A stretch of DNA of 64,000 bases. Origin: an uncultured delta proteobacterium. GTDB lineage: Bacteria; Myxococcota_A; Polyangia; Polyangiales; Polyangiaceae. Positions within the stretch are counted from its first letter, which is position 1; every line of letters begins with the position of its first letter. The notes beneath the pieces were generated by a model. That model was not told the DNA's origin. It searched no databases and worked only from the letters and a program-made list of their open reading frames with translations. The stretch is taken from the NCBI GenBank assembly GCA_963841435.1, contig CAWJCS010000006.1:1728001-1792000 (forward strand), in the 5' to 3' direction. Below are positions 28,820 to 39,769 of this stretch, piece after piece. Both the position numbers and the translations under genes were made by a program.

Positions 28820-29924
28820 TTGTCCCGGGTGCTCTTCGTCAGCAAGCCAGTCGAGCCGCCCTGGAACGACTCGAGCAAGAACTTGGTCCGCGACCTCGCG
28901 CTCGGACTCGTTCGCTACGACGCGCTCGCCTTCGGGCGTGCGGGCGGCACGGAACGGATCGGCCGCGCCCGCCTCGAGCCCGTCTACGGCGCCGCTGGCG
29001 CCCGTTTCGCACCGGGTTTGCGTGAACAGTCTCGGGTGGCGCTGCGGCTGCTCACCGGGCAGCGGGCCGACCTCTGGCACTTCTTCTTCGCACCGAACCC
29101 CAGAAGCTCGAGCGTCGCTCGGGCCGTGGTACGGCTTCGGCGCGTGGCCACGGTCCAGACCGTGTGCAGCGTGCCCCGCGACGACGCCCCCCTTGACCGG
29201 GTGCTCTTCGCCAATCGCGTGGTCGTGCTCTCGGAGCACACCCGAAGCCGCTTTCTGGCCGCGGGCGTTGGCGCGGAGCGCGTCGTGCGCATTCCCCCCG
29301 CCGTACCACGGCTGACCCCGAGCACGCCGGCGGAGCGCTCGGGGGCGCGGCGCGCCTTCGGCGTACCCGACGCGGCGGAGCTCGTGGTTTACCCGGGTGA
29401 CCTGGAGTTCGGCGGCGGTGCACGACGCACGGTGGAAGCCCACGCGCGGCTGCCGTCAACGACGTGGCTCGTGCTTGCCTGCCGCCCGAAGACTCGGCGC
29501 GCGGCCGAAAGCGAGCGCGAGCTAAGGGCCCTCTCAGGGCGCCTCGAGAACGTCGCCGCGCGTGCTATTTGCCGGCGAGACCCCGCGTATCCTCGAGCTG
29601 CTCGCTGCCTGCGACGTGGTGTGCCTTCCGTCGGAAGTGGCGTACGCGAAAATGGACTACCCGCTCGTGCTGCTCGAGGCGATGGTACTGGCGCGCTCGG
29701 TGGTCGTCTGCGCGGGCACGCCGGCCGCCGAGCTCGCGACTGGGGGCGCGGCGCTCGCCGTAGCACCCGAGACCGAGGCGCTGGCCCGCACGCTCGGGGG
29801 CCTCTTGGGCGACGAGAGCGCCCGGCACGCGCTCGGCGAGCGAGCGCGGCAGCGCGCCACCGTCGAGCACGACCCCGCTCGCATGGCCGCGGCCTACGAG
29901 GCGCTCTACGACGAGCTCATCTGA
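28820..29924 (+). CDS. GT4 family glycosyltransferase, with a +1 indel near 29550
   Basis: N-terminal half VVVLSE...IPPAV; C-terminal half in the +1 frame ACDVVCLPS...PLVLLEAM and MAAAYEALY. Confidence 0.82.
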
Positions 29925-29999
29925 GCGGCGGAGCGGACGAAGCAAGAGCGCTTGGTGAGCGGGGACGAGACAACGCCGGGCGTCGTCGCCGGGCGAGCC

Positions 30000-30758
30000 T
30001 CATCGGGCCGCGGAATCGCGCTCGGGGTCACGCTCGGACGCGGCGAGCGTGCCGAAGCAGAACGCCTCGTCCTCCGTCGAGCCGCACCCCACTTCGGCCA
30101 GATCGCTCGCGCAGAGGGCGCCCGCGGCGACGCGCAGCGCCGCCCGCAGAGCGCGGGGCTCGCATCGACCCGCGTCGCAACGCACGCGCAAAGACCCGAG
30201 CACCCGGTGGCTGACGGGGACCGGACCGGGCTCACCAATCTCCGAGGCGCCGCGCGCGCGCCTCCCGACGGCCGCCACAAACGGGGCGAGGTCCACGCGC
30301 ACGGCCGAAGCCGTTTCGTAGTCGATGTCACCGTAGGCGAGCTCGGGAGCGAGACGGGCCGGCTCGCGCGAGGCCGTCGCGCCGGCGCTGGAAGAGGTGG
30401 GGGCCTCCTCGCGTGCGGCCGTCCCCGAGCACGCCACCGTGCCAGGCTCCGGCGCGCGACAGACCGCCCCCGCGACGAGCGCCGCGCCGAGCGCCCGCGC
30501 GCGCTCGTCGAGCGCCCGCTGCATCGTCCTTGCGTTGCAGCCGAATTCAGTGAGCGGCTCGCCGTCGAAGGGACCCCAGGCAGGCGTCTTGCCACAGGCC
30601 ACATGAAGCGCGCCGACGCTCACGAAGCCGTCGGGCACGACCTCCGCGCGCATCACCGGCGCCGTCGGTGCGAGCGGGGCGGGTGCAGCAGCGCAGCCCG
30701 CGGCGAGGACCGCCCAGCTCGCGACGCACGGCGCTAGAGGTCGGGCTAGGCGTCGCAT
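30000..30758 (-). CDS. Lipoprotein with two Cys-patterned, RcsF/YbjQ-like domains
   Basis: LAAGC lipobox; two similar units (VG.L.V.C...C....M..AL..RA..LGA..V....C...C.G). Confidence 0.55.
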   Translation of the reverse strand: MRRLARPLAPCVASWAVLAAGCAAAPAPLAPTAPVMRAEVVPDGFVSVGALHVACGKTPAWGPFDGEPLTEFGCNARTMQRALDERARALGAALVAGAVCRAPEPGTVACSGTAAREEAPTSSSAGATASREPARLAPELAYGDIDYETASAVRVDLAPFVAAVGRRARGASEIGEPGPVPVSHRVLGSLRVRCDAGRCEPRALRAALRVAAGALCASDLAEVGCGSTEDEAFCFGTLAASERDPERDSAAR

Positions 30759-30872
30759 CGGGGCATTCTGTTCCGACGGCGAGCGGCCGCCAAGCGGCGT
30801 CGTCCGTCTCGCGCTCCCGCGAGACGCTCGGACGACCGGAACGCGCGCCTTCCGAACGAGGGGCGAACATAC

Positions 30873-30907
30873 AAAAAGAAGAGGCGCGACCGTCGTCGCG
30901 CCTCTTC
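30873..30907 (-). terminator. Rho-independent terminator
   Basis: Perfect 13-bp stem GAAGAGGCGCGAC/GTCGCGCCTCTTC, 4-nt loop and a U5 tract on the minus strand, downstream of the Gly-rich lipoprotein. Confidence 0.85.
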
Positions 30908-30956
30908 GAGGTTTGGCTTCCGTGCGCGCTCGAGCACGCACGGGCCAGGGTTGGCT

Positions 30957-31313
30957 TTATGCGCCGCCCTGACCGCCCATGGCGCCGCCTTCACCAGATG
31001 CGCCGGCGTTGCCAGCCTCACCCGGTTCGCCGCCTGCGCCAAACGTCGTGCCCGCGGAGCCGCCCTTGCCGCTGGTGCCGGCCGAGCCGCCCTTGCCGCT
31101 GGTGCCGCCGGTGCCGCCCTTGCCGCTGGTGCCGCCGGTCGAGCCGCCGGTACCACCGCCGCCTTTGCCGCCCGAGCCGCCGCCGGCTTTGCCGCCGGTG
31201 CTGGAGCCAGCCTTACCTGCGGCCGCGGCGTCGTCATCGTCGCCTCCGCATCCCACCGCCGCAACGCTCGCACTAAGCGCGACCGTCGCGAGTAGGGTAG
31301 TCAGCTTATTCAT
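30957..31313 (-). CDS. Gly-rich low-complexity lipoprotein
   Basis: RBS GGAGG, signal MNKLTTLLATVALSASVAAVGC, then GGTSGKGG repeats with a 27-bp period (31059-31134). Confidence 0.75.
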   Translation of the reverse strand: MNKLTTLLATVALSASVAAVGCGGDDDDAAAAGKAGSSTGGKAGGGSGGKGGGGTGGSTGGTSGKGGTGGTSGKGGSAGTSGKGGSAGTTFGAGGEPGEAGNAGASGEGGAMGGQGGA

Positions 31314-31373
31314 ATGAAATATCCTCCGAAACCTAGGTTAACCATGGTGGGCCTATTGCCCGGTGCCGACCGA

Positions 31374-31389
31374 TGCACCTTCCGTGCCT
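31374..31389 (-). promoter_or_regulatory. Putative sigma54 promoter for the Gly-rich lipoprotein
   Basis: Minus strand AGGCACG-GAAG-GTGCA with GG-N10-GC spacing; AT-rich upstream tract containing the palindrome TGTAATTACA (31427-31436). Confidence 0.5.
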
Positions 31390-31602
31390 CTCGACGCGGC
31401 CCGCATGGGAGACAAGAATAAGTGGATGTAATTACACAGAAAAATGTCCGGTGCCGGGCAGGCTCGCGCGCAGCGTCGAGGTCTGACCACGACAATGGTG
31501 TCATGGGCGCGTCATACATCGGACTACCCTGCCCCACCAAGCGAAAAACCGCGGGTACGGGGCGCCGGCCCACCGGCGGGCCGCCCAGATGCCACGTGGC
31601 CG

Positions 31603-32427
31603 TCACACCGGGCCGGTGGCACTCAGCTCGGAATCGGTAAACTCAAGGGCCCCGAGCCAAGCCTCGAGAGGGACAGCGCCGGTCGGACCAAAACGGTTCT
31701 TCGACACCCGGAGCTCGAGCGGGACCCGGGGCCCTGACGCCCCCGGCTCCGGAACGATGCGGGCGAGCAGCGTCGCCCCGTGCGACACCGAAGCCTCGTG
31801 GCAATCGAGGGCCGTGAACACGACCGTGACCCCGCTTTCGGCGAGCTCGCGAAGCTCGAACGACAGCGCCGTGAGCTGAGCGTCGAGGGCCCCGCGCTCC
31901 GGCACCACGAACCCCTCTAGGTCGTCGATGTAGACGAGCACCCGCTCATGGCGCGCCCACAGCGGCGCGACGCGTTGCGCGAGCCCCTGCAGGGGCTCTC
32001 CCTTCGCGATGCGCGCCACGTGCAGGTGCGGGCCGACCTTCTGCACCACCGTTCCGAGCGCGTCGTTGATCGCACGGCGCACGGGATCTGTCCTGAATGC
32101 GGCACCCGACCAGATGTCCCCGTAGGTGACCTCGGAAGTCGGATAGCTGCGGCGGAGCGCGCGCGCCGCGAGGCGCGCGAACACCTCGGTCTCGTCGAGC
32201 GCGCGGCCGAAGAGCACGGCGCCAGCGTGGCTACGCGCCGCGACGTATGCCATGGCGAGCGCAAGGGAGGTCCGACCCGTGCCGGGAGCGCCGACCAGGC
32301 CGAGCACGGTGCCAGGCCGCAGCCCACCGCCGAGCAACGCGTCGAGACCGGCGAACCCGCTCGGCGTGAGCTTCGCGGGCTCGCCGAGCCGCGTGGTCAC
32401 GTCCACGTGCACGTCCTCCAGAGACAC
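31603..32427 (-). CDS. Stand-alone DnaB-like C-terminal (RecA-fold) domain, degenerate
   Basis: SGFAGLDALLGGGLRPG, GAPGTGRT, YIDDL and C-terminal VSKNRFGPTG; start uncertain. Confidence 0.7.
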   Translation of the reverse strand: MSLEDVHVDVTTRLGEPAKLTPSGFAGLDALLGGGLRPGTVLGLVGAPGTGRTSLALAMAYVAARSHAGAVLFGRALDETEVFARLAARALRRSYPTSEVTYGDIWSGAAFRTDPVRRAINDALGTVVQKVGPHLHVARIAKGEPLQGLAQRVAPLWARHERVLVYIDDLEGFVVPERGALDAQLTALSFELRELAESGVTVVFTALDCHEASVSHGATLLARIVPEPGASGPRVPLELRVSKNRFGPTGAVPLEAWLGALEFTDSELSATGPV

Positions 32428-32572
32428 CGGCCCGAGAGTGGACGGATGTGCAGGGCCCGAGCTCACCCCGAGAGCATAGCAAGATTCACTCGAAATCGGA
32501 TGCTGCTCGAAATCGGGTGCTGACGGAAGCACCCCGGGGACGTACGATGACAGCCCTCGAACCGGAGCATTC

Positions 32573-33905
32573 ATGGCATTCAAGAGCGAACTCAAGACCG
32601 GCGCGGAGCGCTACCTCGCGCAGGTGATCGTCACGGCATTGAACGAGGGGTGGCGGACGCCCGACGACTTCATCCGCCACTTCAAGCCCGGTGACATGAT
32701 GCAGCGACTGGAGAAGGCGCCGGAGCTCCGCGCGACGATCCTGGTCCAAGCGGCCGGCGTGCACGATCGCATCGCTCGCAAGAAGTCGAACAGGGTCGGC
32801 TGCCGAAGACCTGCGCATCGCGCTCGACGAGGGCGTGACCACGTCGCAGGCAGTGCTCGAGCTCTTTCCTCCGGACGAGCGCGTTCGCTATCTCGAGCGA
32901 CCGAAGCTCTGGGCCTTCCTCACCGAGGAGCACTTCTGGGCTCCCAACTCGCAGACGACCGGCGAGCGCGCCGTGAGCCGAATGATCTACCTGCTGGAGA
33001 CGGCGATGGGCGAGTCGCTGCTCACACTCCAGGACTTCATGGACGGCGTGACGTTCGAGACGATTTCGGCTCGTTTGCCGCAGAAGGAGCTGCAGCGCGT
33101 CGTCAAGCACGCGCTCGAATCAGGCCGCAAGAAGACCCCGGTGACGGAGGAGAGCTTCCTCGAGGTCGTGCCGTTCAAGGATCTCGTCGGGTACTTGCCG
33201 CTCGATCACCTGTACAAGCGAGTGCTCGTCGCGAAGGTGGCGGAGCCCGCGGGCTTCGTCACGGGCGGCGTCGGCGAGGAAGCGTGGCCCGAGGACGACA
33301 ACGGGGGCGACAAGTCGGAGGGCGCCGAGGCCAAGGAAGCAAAGGCCGAAGCCAAGCGTCCTCCCAAGCCCGCAAAGCCAGAGCCCAAGGACTCCGAGGA
33401 GACCGTGACCGACGAGGAGCTCGAAGAGGTTCCCGCGGGCAGCGTGCGACCTCCCGCCGAGGAAGAAGCGCGGCGCAAGGTGGCCGAGCGGCTCTCGGCG
33501 ATCAATCGCCTGCCGCCACGGCACGCCGAGCTTTCCACGCCGATCCTGCTGTCGATCGAGAGCATGTACGCCGAGCTCTTGACGGCCTCGAGCGACGACC
33601 AACGCGAGATGTGCATTCGCGACTCGTTCCCCAACGAAGCACACCTGTCAACCGCACTGCTTGCGCTCATCGAGCTCTTGGATCCGAGCATCGACGTGAA
33701 CGACCCGGTGATTCGCGACGCCGATGCCGACTCGCTCATCAAGGTCGTGCTGTTCGAGGAGCGCCGCCGTTACGAGCAGGCCAATCCGTCGGGCCGTTCC
33801 GGTGGGGGCGCGGTTGCACCGCCGCCTCCCACGGCTGCCAAGCGCTCGGTGCCGCCGCCGCTGCCCGGTGGCCGCAGCGCGTCCGACGAGAAACGCGCGC
33901 GCTGA
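32573..33905 (+). CDS. Hypothetical protein with internal helical repeats, with a +1 indel near 32790
   Basis: GGAG RBS; removing one A joins MAFKSELK...KKS to TGSAAEDLRIALDEGVTT; GC3-rich codons. Confidence 0.75.
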
Positions 33906-33933
33906 AAAAGCGCGCGCGAGCGCGGCGTCAGGG

Positions 33934-34017
33934 TGCCGAGGAAAGGAATCGAACCTTCACACCGTTACCGGTACCAGAACCTGAATCTGGCGCGTCTGCC
34001 AGTTCCGCCACCTCGGC
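33934..34017 (-). tRNA. tRNA-Leu(CAG)
   Basis: GCCGAGG/CCTCGGC acceptor stem, D-loop GGAACTGGCAGAC, anticodon arm CCAGA-TTCAGGT-TCTGG, long variable arm and GGTTCGATTCC; CCA not fully encoded. Confidence 0.97.
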
Positions 34018-34143
34018 CTGAAAACGTAGAACCTGTTCGTCCGCTGGGATGCGCTAAGTGACCTCCGGGTCGCTCGGGGAACCGGGGTCTACCCCGGCGG
34101 GGTGCACGCCGGCAAGGCCGAACGCCGGGCCCGCGGCACAGGC

Positions 34144-37100
34144 TCAGATCAGGCCGAGCCGCCGCCGCACGGCGAGCGAAGGCTCGCTGACCCAAAACGC
34201 CATCAGGTCGGCGACGAGGCGCGTCCCCCATACGAGCGAGCGCCCCTGGGCGCCCGACAGAATCGCCCTCCGCCTGACGCACCACGAGCACGGCCGAGGC
34301 TAGGTCGTCGGCGACGAGCAGCGCCGCCCGGGCGGCCCCGAGGTGGATCCGCGCCACGAAGTCCTCGACGTCCAGCCTCGGCGACGCGGCGTAGTCGCGC
34401 GCGGCGTCTTCGATGCCACCGCGTCCGATCCACGGCAGCGCACGAGAGACGCGTCTCGCCATGGCCTGCGTCGCCTCTTCGCCCGAGGCCGACGCTGGAA
34501 AGCTCGGGTCGGCCCCGCGCGCCGCGCCCGCGAGCAAAAGCTCGAGCTGCTCGGCGCCGAGCTTCTGCGCGGCGTGCAGCTTGAGCGCGATCGCCGCAAA
34601 CACGCGCGCGAGCTGGAAGGCTTGCGCCGACTCGCCGAGCTTCTGCACCGCGGGCGGCACGAGCACGCTCACCGGATCGGAAAACTCGATCTCGACCGCT
34701 TGCGACGGCACGCCGTGCGCATAGAGGTCGAAATCGTTCACGCCGAAGATCGCGGCGACGCGGTCGGCGAGCGCGCGCAGCGGGTGCCCCGAGCGAGCAC
34801 CGAGCCGTTCGCGCGTGCTCACGCCGTACCGCTCGAGCTCCGTTGGATAGACCTTCTCGAGCACGTCGGCGAGCGCGGCCGTGAGCCGCGCCGCGGGCTC
34901 GGCAGGGGGAACGAGGCCGATGCTCTCGAGCTCGGTTGCGTCGAGGGAGCGCGGCGCGAGTGAAGCCGGACGAGGCGGGTGTTGCGAGAGCGTCGCGAGC
35001 TCCAGATCGTTCGCCTGGCCGAGCGCCGCGAGGGGGGCGATCGCGAGAGTGGCCTCGGCGCGGCGATTGAGCGCCCGAAAGCAGTCGCCGAGCTTTCGCC
35101 AGGCGGCGGCGTTCGTCACGTCCCGCTCGAAAACCTGGCGAAGCGCCACCATGGCCTTGGCCGGATTGCCCGCGTCGAGCAGGCGGCCCGCGAGCTCCGC
35201 CTGAACCGCCGGATCGTCGCTGAGCGCGACGGAGCGCTCGAGCATCTGAATCGCCTGGTCGGGGCGATGCAAGGCCTCGCCGAGCACGCGAGCGAGCTCC
35301 TGATACACGTCGGGCGTCACCTGACCGCGTGAATTTTCCACGTAGCGCGTGAGCGCCGCCGCGTACACGTCCCAGCTCGGCGCGTCGGGCTTGCGCGGCA
35401 CCTGAGCGATGACCTCACGCAGATCGCTCGCGGCGTCGCCCTCGAGCCCGACGATTTCGATCGCCTCGGCGAAGGCCTGCCCGGCTGCGCCCGCGCGACC
35501 GCGCGCCATTTCGACGCGCCCGAGAGCCATCAGCGCTTCGGCGCGATCGTCGGGCTCGGCGGCCGTCTTGACGAGCCGCGCCGCGGCTTCGCTCGCGGCA
35601 TCGAGCCGCCCGCGCCTGATTTCTAGCTTGACGAGCCTGCCGAGCGCCGCGGGGTGCTTGGGATCGGCGGCGAGCACGGCCTCGACGCTCGCGCGCGCCC
35701 GGTCCGGGTCGCCGAGTCGCTCGTCGAGGATGGCCGCGAGGCGCGCGTGAGCATCGAGGCGCGCGCTCTCCGGTGCCCCCGCCTGACTCACGACGAGTCG
35801 CAAACGCTCCGCGGCCTCCACCCACTGGCCGTCGCGCACGTACAGCTCGGCGAGCTTCATGAGCGTGGCAACGTGGCCCGGCAGCACGACGAGCGCGCGC
35901 TGCAGCGCCGCGAGGCCGGCCGGGATGTCACGCCGACGGCTCGCGTGCAGCTCCGCCACCTGAATCCAAAGCGCGGCGACGCGCTCCCGGTCCTTGGCCT
36001 CGGTCGCTGCCTGCGTGAACGCGCGCACGAGACGCTCGGTGTCGGCCGGCGACGCGAGCAGCGACTGGAGCGCCGCGGCCGCGCTTTCGTCATCGGGGCT
36101 GTACTCGAGCGCACCCTCGAGCACGGCCGCGGCGCCTGCCCGATCGGCGCCCTGCGCGAGAGCCCCGGCCGCTCGGACGAGCAGCCGCGCCGCGGCGACG
36201 GGATCCAGCGCCACCTCGACGAGGCGCGAGGCGGCCTCTTCGAGCAGCTTCGGGTCGCCGAGCCGCTCGGCCATGCGCGAGAGACCGCGCGCCGCCGCGA
36301 TGCTCTCCGGGTCGCGCGCGAGCGCCGAGCGATACAGGCCGAGCGCCGACGCGTCGCCGCTCGACTCGAGCAGCTCGGCGAGCCGCGTGGTGTGCTCGGC
36401 GCCGAGCGCCGGCGGCCCGACATTGGCGAGCTGGGCGTCAACCTGGCCGACGAGCACCGGATCCTCGGCGCGCAGGGCGAGGCGGAACAACGCCGCGAGC
36501 GCCGACGGATCAGAGGGGGCAAGCTGCAACACCATGAGCTCCGCCTCGCGGACGCGCGACAGGTCGTCGCCGGCCCGTCGCTCCTCGAGGCGGCCGAGCT
36601 CGCGCAGCACCGCGATGCGCGCTCCGGCGTCGGATAGCACGCGCGCCTGCGTCGCGTAGAGCTTCGCGAGAGCGTCCCAGGCTCCTTTCTCGGCGTAGAG
36701 CGGCTCGAGACCCAGTAGGGCCTCGACGTGCGCCGGGTCGCGCTCGAGCACGGCCTCGTAGCAGGCAATCGCCCGCACCGGATCGGCAAGCTCTTCGCGA
36801 TAGACCTCGGCCTGCTGCAAGAGCGCCCCCACCCCGAGTGCCGGATCAGTCGCCTCCTTCGCATCGTGCTCGAGCTCCTCGACGAGGCGCTTCCACTCAC
36901 GAGCCTGCGTCAGCAGGCGCACGAGCGCCTCGCGGGCCGGCGCGAACCCCGGGTCCGCGGCGAGCGCCTGCTCGTACGCGCCCCGAGACTTGTCGGCCTG
37001 CTTGAGACGATTTTCCATCACCTCGCCGATGCGGAACCACGCACGCGCTCTTTCGGCCGGCGTCTCGGCAGCCGACGCTTCGATCTCGAGGAGCTTCGCA

Positions 37101-39652
37101 AGCTCGTCCCAGCGCCCTTTTTCAGCGAGCTTGCGCTCGAGCGCGCCCTGGGCGGGCCGGTGCCGTGGATCGGCCGCGACCGCCCGGCGGTAGGCCTGGA
37201 TGGCTTCCTCGTCGCGCCCGAGGCGTTCCTCGTAGAGCTCGCCGGTTTTGTATTGCAGCGCCGCCGTCTCGGGACCGGCTGCCGCGTGCTCGAGCTCGGC
37301 GCGGTAGGTCTCGAGCAGCGCCTCCCAGCGCCCCGCCTTGTAGTGCAGGCGACCGAGCCCGGCGAGAGCCGGGGTGTACGTACGCTCGATCTCGAATGCC
37401 TTTCGATAGAACGCGAGGGCAGCGGCGTCGTCGCCGAGCGAGAGCTCGCTCACCTCGCCTGCCCGCTCCAGGAGCTCGAGCCGACGCTTCTTGTCCGTCA
37501 CGTGCGCGACCTCGAGCTCGAGCGCCGCGACGAGCTCCTTGTGCCGACCGGCGCGCTCCGCCGCGCGCTGCAGCGCGTGGATCGCGCCGAGGTGCTGCGG
37601 CTCGACGTCGAGAATGCGCCGAAATGCCGTCATCGCATGACCGGGCTCGCCGAGCGCGTCCTCCTGGAGCCGGCCGATCTTGAAGAGCCAGGTGATCTTC
37701 GTCTCCGCGTCGTTCGCGAGATCCACACCGCGCTCGTAGAGCTCGACCAGATCCCGGAAGCGCCCCGCTTGCGCGAGCAGCCGCTCGAGGGCCTTGAACG
37801 ACGGCGCGAAGCCGGGAACGAGGCCGAGCGCGTGGGCGTGGTGCTCGGCGGCTCGCGCAACGTCGCCGAGCTCTCGCTCGAGGATCTCGGCCATGCGGGC
37901 GTGGGCCGCGGCCCGCCGCGCCGAATCGTTGCCGCCGTTCGCCTCGCCCTCGTGCACGGCGAGCAGCGCCTGGAAGTTCTTCTGTCGTGTGTAGAGCTTG
38001 GAGAGCGCCTGGATGGCGGGCAGGTAGAGCGAGTCCTCCCCTCGTGCCTGCTCGTACCAGACGATGGCAGCCGACTCGCTTTCGAGCCGTTCCTCGGAAA
38101 GCTGGCCGATGCGCTGGAAGTACCCGACCTTTTCGGCCGGCTTGTCGGTGAGAGCCGCTAGCCGTTCGAGCACGGCCACGAGCGCCGGCCAGTTCTTGGC
38201 GAGCTCGTAGACCCGCGCGAGCTCCTCGAGCACGACGCGATCGGTCGGCGTCTCGCGCGCGGCGCCTTCGAAGGCTTCGGCCGCCTTGTCGAGCGCCCCC
38301 AGCCGATCGGAGAGCACGCGACCAGCTCGGTAGAGCGCGAGTGAGCGCGCCGCCGGGTCGCTCACGATCTCGGCTTCGTGAGCAAGCACCGCCACGAGGT
38401 CCCCGAAGCGCTCCTCGGCGAAGCACAGCCTCTTGAGCGCGTGGATCGCCGCTGTCGTGCGCGAGTCGGTCTCGAGCGCCAGCCGATAGAGCTCCGTCGC
38501 TCCGCGCACGTCGCCGCGACGCGACTCGACGATGCGGGCCCGCTCGGCGATCACCGCGGCCTTGAGGCGGGGATCGGCCGTGACGGCGTTCGCGGCGCGC
38601 TCGTAGGTGCGGTCGAGACCTTCCCATGCTTTCGCGGCGATCTCGGCGCGTTCCACGGCCTTGAGCAGCGAGGTGTTGGACGGATCGAGATCGAGGCCAG
38701 CCTGCAACGCCTCGCGTGCTTCGCGTCGCTGGCCGAGCGCATCCTCGAGAAGGAGCCCCTTTTCGTAATAGAGCACCGCCTTGTGGTGCGGATCCGAGGT
38801 CAGCTTGATCTCGGCATCGAACAGCCCGAGCGCGAGCTGGGGGCGCTTCGAAGCGATGAGCGTGCGGCGGGCACCTCGCACCGATGGCAGATGATCGGGC
38901 ATGAGGACGTGGGCGCGCTGGAAGTGCTCCGCTGCGCGCAGCGTCTCGTGCAGCGGCCACTCGAAGAGGCGCGCGCACTCGTAGTGGAGCCTGCCGGCGC
39001 GGCTCTGCTTCGGCGAGTCGGAAAGCTCCTTCTCGAAGCTTGCAATCATCTCGCGCGCGAGGTGCGCGTGCGCTTCGGGCCGCGCTCGATCGCCGAGGTC
39101 GCGCGCGAGCGCGCCCGCGTCGGGTGCCGCGACCACCGGGCTCGCCGGCTCGACGGGCGTTGCGGCGCGCGGCGGCGACGGCGCCTCGGCAAGGACCGGC
39201 GCCGGTGACACCGCGACGGGCACGGGCGTGCGATGCGGGGGCGCGGGGGGCTTCGGCCGTTGCGACGGCGGCGACGCGCGAAACGGGGCGACGGACGGCG
39301 CGGGCAAGTGCTCGGCGCGCGCGGGCGGCGCGGGATGAGCCGGCGCAACCGCGGGCGCCGGCGGGCTCGCCGCGGCCGAGGGCGAGGAGTTCGGCGCTGG
39401 CGGCGGCCCCGACTTCGACGGCGGACGCGGCGGCAGCGGCCTGCTGCGCTTGGCAGCGGGCGGCACGGACATCGGCTTGTGCCGCGTCGGCGGCGGTGGC
39501 GGCAGGCTGCGCACCGGAGCAGACGGTGGCTCGGGCTCCTTCTTGGCGGGCTCCGGACGCGGGATTTTCGACGGCAGCGCCTGCGGGGGAACGGAGCGGC
39601 CCGAAGGACGTGGAGGCGATGGCTTCTTGGAAGGGCTTTCGTCCTCGGCCAT
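34144..39652 (-). CDS. Giant TPR-solenoid protein (about 1835 aa, AgmK-like), with a +1 indel near 34227
   Basis: Pro-rich N-terminus and many TPRs; removing one G gives the ending TRLVADLMAFWVSEPSLAVRRRLGLI* and avoids overlap with the tRNA. Confidence 0.85.
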
Positions 39653-39769
39653 GTAGCAACCAGCTTACACCAAGCCTGGAACGCGTGAAGCCACCATGGG
39701 CCGGTGCGGCCTTGCGGGTCCCCGGGGGGGCGCCCTCCCGGCCGCTCGCATGCTATGCGGTGGCGCCCC

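Noticed and set aside
26737-28878. 713-aa N-terminally extended helicase
   Set aside because: The extension overlaps the histidine phosphatase in another frame; TTG at 28104 is the coupled start
33934-34017. tRNA-Leu as an integration site for an island
   Set aside because: No integrase, no duplicated tRNA 3' end and no compositional shift seen
13554-39659. Long alternative-frame and antisense ORFs (e.g. 13554-15980, 16722-18950, 21920-24082, 37122-39659)
   Set aside because: Shadow ORFs typical of high-GC DNA; they overlap well-supported genes and are Arg/Ala/Pro-rich without motifs
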